Source of the DNA: a virus
Taxonomy: Duplodnaviria; Heunggongvirae; Uroviricota; Caudoviricetes
Direction: 5' to 3' (one strand)
Virus record (IMG/VR): IMGVR_UViG_3300037466_003757
Coordinates: 54,680 to 118,679 of that record
Length of the DNA: 64,000 bases
In this document: in pieces, positions 40,318 through 48,716 of the stretch
Layout: each line of letters opens with the position of its first letter
Position numbering within the stretch: the first letter of the stretch is position 1
Notes under the pieces: model-generated
Databases searched by the model: none
The model's input: only the letters and a program-made list of their open reading frames with translations
Told to the model about the DNA's origin: nothing
Program-made: the position numbers and the translations under genes

Positions 40318-40569
40318 CTATCCGACGACGTTCACCCGTATCCGAATCGGACGGGGTAATTGCATGGACGGCAGCAATTCGATCGTGTTGATATCGACGT
40401 ATTGAACAGCGAACAACGTCGATAAATCGTTGTTCTCGTTCGGAACGTCCACGCCGTAGATTCCGAGAACTACGTTGACAACGCCGAGATCGTGCTTGAC
40501 GGTGACCACTTGGTCGCCTGCGGCGATCGTGATGATGTCGCTGTATTTTCGAACCACCATATCGTCCAT
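40318..40569 (-). CDS. hypothetical protein
   Basis: 83 aa, directly downstream of a family promoter. Confidence 0.45.
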   Translation of the reverse strand: MDDMVVRKYSDIITIAAGDQVVTVKHDLGVVNVVLGIYGVDVPNENNDLSTLFAVQYVDINTIELLPSMQLPRPIRIRVNVVG

Positions 40570-40576
40570 GAGATTT

Positions 40577-40605
40577 ACAGTATCACACTACGAGACGTAT
40601 GTAAA
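40577..40605 (-). promoter_or_regulatory. sigma-A-type promoter TTTACA-N17-TACTGT
   Basis: Conserved family member. Confidence 0.55.
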
Positions 40606-40701
40606 CACATTCGTGTCATTCGTCTGTAGATACGACAACGGGGCACGACCATCGTCGTACCCCGTCGAAACGTTGTTCGTTCGTCTACGAGCGTCTCAGC
40701 G

Positions 40702-41337
40702 TCACTTTCCCGACGCTTTGGACCGGAATTCGTCGCTGAACATCACGTCGTGTGTCGATCCACCGGAACGGATCGACGTGGTGACGTCAGAGATCGCGGC
40801 GAACGCCACCGGCGCTGCATCGGAGTTGTAGCTCATCGCACGATTACGACTGATACCCAGATCGCCCGCCGTTTCGACTGCGTCCAGCGTTGCGCCCAAG
40901 AAGAGGAACGTCCAGTCGTAGTCGGTCTCTTGCTGCTTGATCAGTTTCTTGACTGCGTCCCGAGTCCACTCTCGCGAGGCATTTTCGTGTCCGTCGGTCA
41001 TCGTCACGACGATCACCTTACCGGGACGGTCGTTCTCGTCCATACCGGCGAGAATTCGACCGGTATCTGTGACCAGTTTGCCGATCGCATCGTGCAACGC
41101 GGTCATGCCGCGGGGTGACAGTTTCAACGGAGGAACCTTGTCGAGTTCCATATTCGAGTACACGATCTCGAACTTGTCATCGAACTGTGCGAGCGTGACA
41201 TTCACCTCACCGTCCGTATTCTTGCGCTGTTCGGCGATGAAACTGTTGAAACCGCCCTCCGTATCGTCCTTGATGCTCTGCATCGAACCGGAACGGTCCA
41301 AAAGCATCGCGATAAGTGTCTTGTTCGGGTTTGTCAT
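40702..41337 (-). CDS. vWA domain protein
   Basis: MIDAS motif LLDRSGSMQS; 211 aa. Confidence 0.6.
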   Translation of the reverse strand: MTNPNKTLIAMLLDRSGSMQSIKDDTEGGFNSFIAEQRKNTDGEVNVTLAQFDDKFEIVYSNMELDKVPPLKLSPRGMTALHDAIGKLVTDTGRILAGMDENDRPGKVIVVTMTDGHENASREWTRDAVKKLIKQQETDYDWTFLFLGATLDAVETAGDLGISRNRAMSYNSDAAPVAFAAISDVTTSIRSGGSTHDVMFSDEFRSKASGK

Positions 41338-41419
41338 TCGTCCACGTCTTTCTCGAATAATCGATACGAAAAACGCGAATGATCACGCCGCGCGGGCGAT
41401 CACATTCGCGCTCTCGTTT

Positions 41420-41448
41420 ATCTTATCACGAACACGTGAGTTCGTGAA
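41420..41448 (-). promoter_or_regulatory. sigma-A-type promoter TTCACG-N17-TAAGAT
   Basis: Conserved family member. Confidence 0.5.
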
Positions 41449-41456
41449 CCGGTCTG

Positions 41457-42302
41457 TCAGGCCGGAATTGCTGCGCAGATGCTCGGAAGAGCCATCTTGA
41501 TCGTGTCCAGAATCGGACCGCTGACGTGCAACTTGCTCTCGATGACGTCGACCGCGGTTTCCCGTGCGAAGTCTTCGACAGTGTAGCAGCCTTGCTTCAG
41601 GGTCGCCGGAACACCGAGACTGCCGGCAGCAGCGAGACACATTCCGTGTACGACTCCTGAGGTTATCAGAGTCGCGCCTTCGATAAGAGTTCCCGCGGCA
41701 GGACCCACCAAGAATCCCGCCAGACCGACGGCGTTGATGGATGTCTGCAGATCGTTGCAGAACGACTCCAACGACTGCGGTACCGCGTTGTTCGACGGCA
41801 ACGGTGTAGCGGCGCGAGGACCGACCGTTCCGTTCCCGTCCAGAGTCACCAGAACGGCGATCGAACTGCAACCGTCGCACATCGGCGTCGCGTTGATCAG
41901 TTCGGATTTACCGTTCAAATTGTGACTTCCGCAGATACCGCTGACACCGTAGTTGCCGGGTTCGAGTCCGGAAAACGTGGCACGACCGGAACCACCGGGC
42001 AACGGAACGAACTGTTCCTTGTAATGTCCGCCCAGAACCACCAGACATCCACCGCCGGTCGGTCCCGATGTTCCGATCGCGTCCGAACGTCCCGTGATAT
42101 CCACGATGATCGTTCCGCCAGGCGCGGTCGAAACGGATACGCCGCCCATACCCACGCCTGCGGGTGCGTGATAATCGCTCGGTTGCACCGAATCGGCGTG
42201 CGCCAACGCAGGTGCGACAGCTCCGATACCCAGAGCAGACACGGCGATCACCGCACCCACCCCGATACGCACCCAATTGAGGGCTTTCTTACGCATTGTC
42301 AC
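41457..42302 (-). CDS. secreted protein
   Basis: N-terminal signal peptide; Gly-rich; 281 aa. Confidence 0.5.
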   Translation of the reverse strand: MTMRKKALNWVRIGVGAVIAVSALGIGAVAPALAHADSVQPSDYHAPAGVGMGGVSVSTAPGGTIIVDITGRSDAIGTSGPTGGGCLVVLGGHYKEQFVPLPGGSGRATFSGLEPGNYGVSGICGSHNLNGKSELINATPMCDGCSSIAVLVTLDGNGTVGPRAATPLPSNNAVPQSLESFCNDLQTSINAVGLAGFLVGPAAGTLIEGATLITSGVVHGMCLAAAGSLGVPATLKQGCYTVEDFARETAVDVIESKLHVSGPILDTIKMALPSICAAIPA

Positions 42303-42305
42303 TTG

Positions 42306-42761
42306 TCAATTTCCTTTCTGATCTCCGTGTACGACACGAAGTTCCAAGTGTTCCATCAGCAACGTGAACAATTCGATCTCGTTCGCTGGGAACCGGAAAA
42401 CACTGAATGCGTTTCCGTGAGTCTCATGCGACCACAATGTCTCGTTTACGTCGTACGACGGAATATCGACAGGGTCTGAATCCGGTTCGTGAATACGCTT
42501 CAGGGCGTAACCGAAGCGATAGTACAGCGGAGGCCATTGAAACAGAATGAGACCGTATTCGATCGTGTCGAACAATCGCCGAACCGTATCCACACCGTGG
42601 AACGCGATATAAGCGCGTTGCTCGGTTTCGCCCTGACACGAAAACGCGGTCTTGAATCCCGCCGTATTCAGTGCCTCCAATAGTTTTTGCAGACGTTCGT
42701 CCACTGTTACGCCTGGCCATCGCTCACCGAGTGGCACCTGTACGTGATTGTGCGTATGCAC
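42306..42761 (-). CDS. hypothetical protein
   Basis: 151 aa. Confidence 0.5.
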   Translation of the reverse strand: MHTHNHVQVPLGERWPGVTVDERLQKLLEALNTAGFKTAFSCQGETEQRAYIAFHGVDTVRRLFDTIEYGLILFQWPPLYYRFGYALKRIHEPDSDPVDIPSYDVNETLWSHETHGNAFSVFRFPANEIELFTLLMEHLELRVVHGDQKGN

Positions 42762-42850
42762 GATTCGTGTCCTCCGTCGTTGTCCGTATCGTGTGGGTAC
42801 GAGAAAACGCCCCGCCGGTCGATACCGACGGGGCGTTTCGTCTCAGCTTG

Positions 42851-43066
42851 TCAGGCGTCGCATTCGTGATCGCCGTTCAACGGCTGGACCATAAAGCAAC
42901 GGGTGCAGATCGGGCCTTCGCGACGCGCCTGCTCCAGCTTGATGTGACGCCAGTGCGGCTTGTTCACGCTCGTGGGGTTCGGCTTTTCGCCGAAACGGTG
43001 GTAGTTCGCCGCGCGCTCGTGGTCCTTCAGACCGTCGAAGCGACTGAAATCGGTGCGAACGCTCAT
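42851..43066 (-). CDS. small Cys-containing protein
   Basis: Internal Met with an AGGAGAG RBS; a family promoter lies ~40 nt upstream. Confidence 0.4.
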   Translation of the reverse strand: MSVRTDFSRFDGLKDHERAANYHRFGEKPNPTSVNKPHWRHIKLEQARREGPICTRCFMVQPLNGDHECDA

Positions 43067-43116
43067 CGTTCTCTCCTGCTCTTGCGGGGGCGACCCTATT
43101 TCGCCCCGATACGTAT

Positions 43117-43145
43117 ATAGTATCACGGCTTGAGCAGCTTGTAAA
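43117..43145 (-). promoter_or_regulatory. sigma-A-type promoter TTTACA-N17-TACTAT
   Basis: Conserved family member with an extended TGn. Confidence 0.6.
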
Positions 43146-43370
43146 CCCCTTGCGCATACTCGATAGAGTGAGCTTTGAACGTTGGAGCGGCGTTGCAGCT
43201 TCTCGGGCGTTGAACCACGCCCCTGGTTCGCCACCTCCACTTTGCGCTCGAAGCGCAGCAACGCCGTCCGCAGCGACCGTTGGTCTTGACGTCGATACTA
43301 CGGAAGCTTTCTCGACGCCCATTGACAAGACTCAGACCGAACGTGCCGTGTTCGGTCCGAATCGCTTCCG

Positions 43371-43458
43371 AGGCACTGGCGGGATTCGAACCCGCATGAC
43401 CCGTTGCCGGGTACTGACGGTTTTGCAGACCGTTGACTAGCCATTCGCCCACAGTGCC
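43371..43458 (-). tRNA. tRNA-Cys(GCA)-like with long variable arm
   Basis: Acceptor GGCACTG/CAGTGCC, anticodon loop CTGCAAA, U73; 88 nt, with an extra 5-bp hairpin in the variable region and a poorly folding D-arm. Confidence 0.45.
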
Positions 43459-43595
43459 AAACGCGAGAACGCCTACGATCGCCGATCATAACCGGAACGA
43501 ACGAATCAAAACGACGATCGTTCTTCCAGACGTTCTCGCTAAGCGTCACGACTTTCGAATTCGGACAGGAAATACGAAATCGGTCGAGACACTCG

Positions 43596-43668
43596 AGCGG
43601 ATGACGGGGATCGAACCCGCGACCTTCACCATGGCAAGGTGACGCGCTACCAGCTGCGCTACATCCGC
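43596..43668 (-). tRNA. tRNA-Gly(GCC)
   Basis: Perfect cloverleaf; anticodon loop TTGCCAT. Confidence 0.75.
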
Positions 43669-43839
43669 ATGATTCGACGAATAACTTCTGGATAAGTTTT
43701 CGACGAATCGTTCCACGTCAGTACGCCACGTGGTAAAGGATCTTTCGATCCGCGACCGCTTATCGCCTATATGCGGCCTCGACGGCTGTGAACACCCACA
43801 CAGCTTGGGCTTACAGATACATCCAGTTCTCTGTATGCG

Positions 43840-43912
43840 AGCTCCTTGCCGGAGTCGAACCGGCGACCTGAGTCTTACGAGGACCCTGCTCTGGCCATCT
43901 GAGCTAAAGGAG
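43840..43912 (-). tRNA. tRNA-Thr(CGT)
   Basis: Cloverleaf; anticodon loop CTCGTAA. Confidence 0.7.
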
Positions 43913-43940
43913 CATTTCCGGACTACAGTCCGGATGTCGG

Positions 43941-44252
43941 TTATCCCCGGAGTTGCTTGAGCGCGTCGTGACGACCCCCGATGATGGCGACCATCACGTC
44001 GTTCGCGTGCGCGTTGTACTTGAATCCGAGTTGAACCGCGATGTCCAGGTCGTCTTGTTCCACTTTTCCGAGATAGTGGAGACGTGAGACGTGCTGAAGC
44101 TGTCGCATCGCCTTCAGAAACTCCCGGCGATTGACGATGATGTCGTATCCGGTTTCCTGATACGTCTGATAACCGTCACGCGCGTAGTTGATGATGTTCT
44201 GAAGTTCGTTCTGATCGATCTTTGTCGATGTCGATGTCGTTGTCGTCGTCAT
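43941..44252 (-). CDS. hypothetical protein
   Basis: 103 aa, downstream of a family promoter. Confidence 0.5.
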   Translation of the reverse strand: MTTTTTSTSTKIDQNELQNIINYARDGYQTYQETGYDIIVNRREFLKAMRQLQHVSRLHYLGKVEQDDLDIAVQLGFKYNAHANDVMVAIIGGRHDALKQLRG

Positions 44253-44258
44253 ACGTTA

Positions 44259-44287
44259 ATGGTATCACAACTTCAGTGTCGTGTAAA
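44259..44287 (-). promoter_or_regulatory. sigma-A-type promoter TTTACA-N17-TACCAT
   Basis: Conserved family member. Confidence 0.55.
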
Positions 44288-44302
44288 CACTTCTCGACAT
44301 TG

Positions 44303-44374
44303 AGCTCCATGGAGGACTCGAACCCCCGCCACCAGTTTACAAGACTGGCGCACTGCCTGTTGTGCTAATGGAGC
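44303..44374 (-). tRNA. tRNA-Thr(TGT)
   Basis: Cloverleaf; anticodon loop CTTGTAA. Confidence 0.7.
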
Positions 44375-44781
44375 AGGGTCCCCGACCGCGTAGCCTACGG
44401 CCGGGGCGCTTCAATGAGTACGGTATAACGCACGACGATAGCATTTAACTCGGGAGATGAATCTAATACCATGATGTTCTGCCATTGAACTACCGGACCA
44501 TGATAGCGGTCCGGACGGGACTCGAACCCGTACGTATATGGTGTCGTCTCCGTCGGTCGATCCGTCGTGCACCGACAGGTTGCTGAGACTAGAGCAATAA
44601 CCTGAGCCTGATACGGCCCGTCTGCCTCTACCGAGTTGGGCTACCCTCGCATGGAGTGCGAAGGGCAGGATTCGAACCTGCACTGGGACGGGATACGTGT
44701 GAGCTTGAGTTTAATTCTCAGTCTCTGCCCCAACATCGTGGGGCAATCCGGGTGCTCTACGCCCGGAAATCTATGAGTCGA
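44375..44781 (-). ncRNA. cluster of degenerate tRNA-like fragments (T-arms, D-arm-like 5' halves, palindromic GGTCCGGACC)
   Basis: Two good T-arms (ACGGG-TTCGAGT-CCCGT and GCAGG-TTCGAAT-CCTGC) and a GGTCCGG-TA-GTTC-AATGGCA-GAAC 5'-half, but no acceptor pairing in any canonical order. Confidence 0.35.
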
Positions 44782-45591
44782 TTACTCGACTGTTGCGTCC
44801 TTCGCCGCATTGATCGGAGCGAACATATAGTCGAGCAGTGGCTGTGCGACCTGGTAGTCGTTTACCTCTACGTTGTTCGCTTCCTCGCGGGCGAATTTCA
44901 CCGCGTTACGTAGCTTTTCGATCCGTTCGGCAGTCTCGGCGACCGTGTCGTACGGAAGACCACCGGACAAGTTGATCTGCGACCACGTACCCTGAACGAC
45001 GTCCTCGTGAATCAACTGCACCTGAGCCGGATGCTTGTCCGTCGCCGGCGACAATTGGAACGATTTGGGCTCCTTCTTGGTCTTGAACGTCTCGACCTTG
45101 TCGGAAATCCAAACGCCCTTGGCAGCGTCGTACGTCCACGACTGTTCCGGATCGAGAACCGGGAAGTTGGAAATGAACGTAGCGAGATCGGTCAACTGTT
45201 TCTCGAGAAACAGCATGTATGTGACCGGTACGTCCGTCGCCAACGTCTGACCGTCCACGACGATGTCGGCTTTCGCGCCAGCGTTCGCTACCTCGTGGGT
45301 GAAAACAAGGTCGAACAACCGGGTGAGGAGCTTCGTGACCTCGTCCATGACGACCGCGGAACGAACCTGCACGAGCTGCGATTCGTTCGGGAAAACGTCG
45401 CCGTCCTCGGTCTTCGGCTTGTACGTCCGAATCCGACCCTTCCAGAGACCGTCCTTACTGAGGGTCCGGTAGAGTTCGGTCCATCGCGTGGTCGTCTTGT
45501 GCTTGACACCCTTCTCGACCGACACGATCTGATTCAGTTTTGTCAAGGTTTTTCCTGTCTTGTCTGATTTTCGTATCTCATATTCGCCCAT
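44782..45591 (-). CDS. hypothetical protein
   Basis: 269 aa. Confidence 0.55.
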   Translation of the reverse strand: MGEYEIRKSDKTGKTLTKLNQIVSVEKGVKHKTTTRWTELYRTLSKDGLWKGRIRTYKPKTEDGDVFPNESQLVQVRSAVVMDEVTKLLTRLFDLVFTHEVANAGAKADIVVDGQTLATDVPVTYMLFLEKQLTDLATFISNFPVLDPEQSWTYDAAKGVWISDKVETFKTKKEPKSFQLSPATDKHPAQVQLIHEDVVQGTWSQINLSGGLPYDTVAETAERIEKLRNAVKFAREEANNVEVNDYQVAQPLLDYMFAPINAAKDATVE

Positions 45592-45613
45592 GCCCTCAAA
45601 GGGATCGGGTCAG

Positions 45614-45685
45614 AGCTCTCTGCGAGGATCGAACTCGCGACCTATTGCTTACCATGCAATTACGCTACCACTGCGCCAAGAGAGC
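45614..45685 (-). tRNA. tRNA-Thr(GGT)
   Basis: Cloverleaf; anticodon loop ATGGTAA. Confidence 0.7.
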
Positions 45686-45785
45686 ATAGACGTCACAATA
45701 GCAAGATGGATATACCATGGGTGTTATGGTGACGTCAAACGTCGCATTTCTCGGTTGGATAACCAATATTTTTATGGCGACGTAG

Positions 45786-45860
45786 TAATCCCGAGTGGAT
45801 TCGAACCACCAACCTTCGCAGTCTGAGTGCGACGCCTCTGCCAAATTGGGCTACGGGATC
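45786..45860 (-). tRNA. tRNA with Leu anticodon CAG, class-I shape (short variable loop)
   Basis: D-arm GCC-CAATTTGGCAGA-GGC, anticodon loop CTCAGAC, variable AGGTT, A73. Confidence 0.55.
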
Positions 45861-45861
45861 G

Positions 45862-45934
45862 TGTCCACGGTGAGATTCGAACTCACAACAACCGACTTTT
45901 GAGATCGGCGCCTCTGCCGTTGGGCTACGCGGAC
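45862..45934 (-). tRNA. tRNA with Leu anticodon CAA, class-I shape
   Basis: D-arm GCC-CAACGGCAGA-GGC, anticodon loop CTCAAAA, A73. Confidence 0.55.
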
Positions 45935-45947
45935 TTGATAAAAAAAG

Positions 45948-46020
45948 TAGTCACGGTGGGATTCGAACCCACAACATCTTCCTTTTAAGGGAAGCGCCTC
46001 TGCCGTTGGGCTACGCGACC
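45948..46020 (-). tRNA. tRNA with Leu anticodon TAA, class-I shape
   Basis: Same D-arm architecture; anticodon loop CTTAAAA; A73. Confidence 0.55.
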
Positions 46021-46253
46021 AAAGTTATTCGAAGCATCCCGTGTCTGGGGCTACGCGTCGGTCTTCCACCGAACTTCGAATAACGATCAAGAATACAAGC
46101 GACGGTCCGGTCTATTCACTCCACTGGGTGCTTCCAGATTGCTCTGGATCTCCTGACGCTCTGCAACCGTTCTCATCTAGTGCAAGGCTCGTATTCCGTT
46201 GAAGGAAGCTGAGAACTTTGTCGCGACGACTCAGTCCACCCCTCAGCTTCCAG

Positions 46254-46326
46254 TGCGACCGGCGGGATTCGAACTCGCAATGACCTGCTTAGGAGGCAGG
46301 CGCCTTATCCGTTTGGCTACGATCGC
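46254..46326 (-). tRNA. tRNA-Arg(CCT)
   Basis: Cloverleaf; anticodon loop CTCCTAA. Confidence 0.65.
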
Positions 46327-46332
46327 TCACAG

Positions 46333-46406
46333 CACCGCCGACAGGATTCGAACCCGCATATTAACCGGAGTAGAAATCCGGGGCATTTCCGTTATGCTAC
46401 GGCGGT
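46333..46406 (-). tRNA. tRNA-Arg(TCT)
   Basis: Anticodon loop TTTCTAC; A1-U72 pair; D-arm GCAT-AACGGAA-ATGC. Confidence 0.6.
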
Positions 46407-46560
46407 AGGTGCCGACCCCCAGATGACCACTCCCTGGAATCCTTCCGATTATGAGTCGGATGCTCTTTCGTCTTACGAGGCGTGTGCGCGCAATCTCGTA
46501 ATCCTTGGTCAAACTTACCGTCGCCGCACAGCTTGGCAAGTAGTTTGAGCTAGACCGGCG

Positions 46561-46632
46561 TGCGCCTAAAGGGATTCGAACCCCTGACCTCTTCCTCCGG
46601 AGGGAAGCGCTCTTCCGCTGAGCTATAGACGC
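46561..46632 (-). tRNA. tRNA-Arg(CCG)
   Basis: Perfect cloverleaf; anticodon loop CTCCGGA. Confidence 0.75.
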
Positions 46633-46710
46633 GAAATATATGACGGTATCGAACTTCCACATCCGATACCGTCCGCCTCGCCACCGTGATTATGGAAAGC
46701 AAAGGCTAAG

Positions 46711-46783
46711 TGCGCCCGGAGAGATTCGAACTCCCAACCTTCTGATCCGTAGTCAGACACTCTATCCGTTGAGCTACGGGCGC
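46711..46783 (-). tRNA. tRNA-Arg(ACG)
   Basis: Cloverleaf; anticodon loop CTACGGA. Confidence 0.7.
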
Positions 46784-47388
46784 AGTTCCCCATCCAGTGT
46801 CCCGATGGACGGGGGTTTAACTTAGTACCGGTACACGAGCGAATGTGTGGGTCGCTCGCCATCCCCACATGAAACCGGTCGGGAACTAGCGGAAGACGGA
46901 GGTCTTGATCCCCAAGCCTGTGACAGCTCGTTCCGCTTTCGAAACGGACCCGGGCACCTACCCGGTTCGTCTTCCAGACCGCCACAGCCGTTTCAGGGGG
47001 GATTAACGGCTGTGGCGAACGATCGTAGTATAGGGCGCGCGGTGTCGGGTCGCGCACTACGATCGTCGCGGAGAATGGAGTACTCGAAACCCAAGCGGTC
47101 TATGCCACTCGTACCGCCTTCCAAGCGGCCTCTGACACCTGCCAGATTCATTCTCCAGAGCCCCCATCAGTTTGCGTCTCAGGGGCGGGAGACGTCGAAG
47201 CCGACGCACAAACCCGGGCATGTGGTCGCTGTCAGATGATTTCCCATGGTTCCCACCACGTCCGAAACTGTTGCAGAATCTGCTCGGATCCAATAACGAA
47301 ACGAAACTGCAATTTCCGCTTCTAGGAGGCTTTACGTTCGCCGACAACGGGACAATGGCCATCATCCATAGTTTGGTCAACGAACTGG
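46784..47388 (-). ncRNA. 600-nt non-coding region packed with long perfect hairpins (candidate structured RNA)
   Basis: No tRNA and no convincing ORF; 10-11-bp perfect inverted repeats at ~46978-47011 and ~47034-47080 plus other hairpins. Confidence 0.3.
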
Positions 47389-47461
47389 AGCGGATGACCG
47401 GCCTCGAACCGGCGACATTCTGCTTGGAAGGCAGACGCTCTACCAACTGAGCTACACCCGC
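47389..47461 (-). tRNA. tRNA-Gly(TCC)
   Basis: Cloverleaf; anticodon loop CTTCCAA. Confidence 0.7.
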
Positions 47462-47562
47462 ATGGTGGAATCGGAGTCCAACCCGAAACCATTTCGATGT
47501 AGGTCGCGATGACCTGGCGGTTCCTCTGCCAAAAACACCGTGCTCAGTGGTGCCCATCGAAG

Positions 47563-47644
47563 CTCCGGTACCTGGATTCGAACCAAGATAGAGGTTTCCC
47601 TCACGGATTAACAGTCCGCTGCATTGCCATTATGCTATACCGGA
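47563..47644 (-). tRNA. tRNA-Asn(GTT)-like with 15-nt variable arm
   Basis: Acceptor TCCGGTA/TACCGGA, D-arm GCAT-AATGGCA-ATGC, anticodon loop CTGTTAA, extra GAGG-GAAA-CCTC hairpin. Confidence 0.5.
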
Positions 47645-47767
47645 TTAACGCGGGGGTCGCCTACTACGACCGCAGTCAGATCTTGCATCGGGAGAGCCGC
47701 GACGCGGTTCACCGAAGTTGGCCTCCAACTGCCCGAGCGGAGTAAGGGTTTCCGCAGGCATCCGCCG

Positions 47768-47840
47768 TGCTCTCGAGAGGATTCGAACCTCCACTGACCG
47801 CCACCTCATGACGGCGCCTCTGCCGTTGGGCTACGAGAGC
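47768..47840 (-). tRNA. tRNA with Leu anticodon GAG, class-I shape
   Basis: D-arm GCC-CAACGGCAGA-GGC, anticodon loop ATGAGGT, A73. Confidence 0.55.
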
Positions 47841-47939
47841 AGATATGGACGACTAGGAGACGATCGCCGTCCATGCCCCTTACGGGGTTCACGCTCAGAC
47901 CTGAACGGGGATTGGAACCCTGTCTCCTCTGAACGATAG

Positions 47940-48012
47940 TGGAGCTAGGGAGAATCGAACTCCCGACCTTCTCGATGCGAACGAGACGCGCTACCAACTG
48001 CGCTATAGCCCC
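47940..48012 (-). tRNA. tRNA-Ala(CGC)
   Basis: G3-U70 wobble, A73, anticodon loop TTCGCAT. Confidence 0.75.
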
Positions 48013-48144
48013 ATTGACTGCGACTAGGAAACCATCGTCGCAATCGCTCCTCGTGGATGGTGAGAGTTGTCCACTTGTGTTTGGGAGGAGCAACGTTCGT
48101 GTGGTGACGGAGAGGAACTATCGGTGTGTTTCCCACGAACGTGG

Positions 48145-48217
48145 TGGAGTTACGGGGAGTCGAACCCCGGACCTTCTGCGTGCCGTGCAGACGCGCTACC
48201 ACCTGCGCTATAACCCC
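48145..48217 (-). tRNA. tRNA-Ala(GGC)
   Basis: G3-U70, A73; anticodon loop ACGGCAC has an unusual C33. Confidence 0.6.
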
Positions 48218-48273
48218 ATACGCGGAAGGGACGTCACACTTCCGCTAAATCGTTACGTGATTTTACTTCGGTC

Positions 48274-48345
48274 GCGCTTCGAAGGGACTCGAACCCCTAT
48301 TTTCCGTTTAATAAACGGATGTTCTTCCCGTTGAACTACGAAGTT
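48274..48345 (-). tRNA. tRNA-like, anticodon ATT? (possible pseudogene)
   Basis: Good D-arm, anticodon arm and T-arm, but two acceptor mismatches and A34. Confidence 0.3.
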
Positions 48346-48352
48346 AGCAACG

Positions 48353-48426
48353 TGGACCTGATCGGATTCGAACCGACAACATTCTGCATGCAAAGCAGAC
48401 GCTCTACCAATTGGAGCTACAGGCCC
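48353..48426 (-). tRNA. tRNA-Ala(TGC)
   Basis: G3-U70, A73, anticodon loop TTTGCAT. Confidence 0.75.
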
Positions 48427-48554
48427 GCAGTGCTCAGTGAACGGATCGTACGCTTCCGAACTTCGGCGATCGAATTACCGGGCGTCCCCGAATGTCTCGA
48501 TTTCCCAGGTGCGAACACACCACCTGTTTCTTCACGTTGTCGCTTGGGAGTCGA

Positions 48555-48644
48555 ACCCAGTCTCCGGTACTACCCGGCGCATTCCCGTTATGCTATACGA
48601 CTATGAAGATAGTACCCCCGGCAGGATTCGAACCCGCCGAGTAG
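48555..48644 (-). pseudogene. tRNA pseudogene fragments (D-arm plus defective anticodon arm, then an isolated T-arm)
   Basis: GCAT-AACGGGA-ATGC D-arm, then a 4-bp stem with a 6-nt loop and no acceptor pairing; separate GCGGG-TTCGAAT-CCTGC T-arm at 48621-48645. Confidence 0.35.
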
Positions 48645-48716
48645 TAGGCCCCCAGGGACTCGAACCCTGTTCTGCTGATTAAGAGTCAGCGGTTTTACCT
48701 GTTATACTAGAGGCCC
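48645..48716 (-). tRNA. tRNA-Lys(CTT)
   Basis: Acceptor with two G-U pairs; anticodon loop CTCTTAA; T-arm CAGGG-TTCGAGT-CCCTG. Confidence 0.55.

Noticed and set aside
44657-44805. Intron-containing tRNA, because the 3' acceptor CCTTCGC is complementary to GCGAAGG 149 nt upstream
   Set aside because: The 5' partner lies inside the coding sequence of the 44782-45591 gene and no anticodon arm is present, so the match is most likely coincidental.
47645-47767. Possible type II (Ser/Leu) tRNA between tRNA-Leu(GAG) and tRNA-Asn
   Set aside because: Contains D-loop-like AGTTGG and GC-rich stems, but no T-loop and no acceptor pairing could be found.
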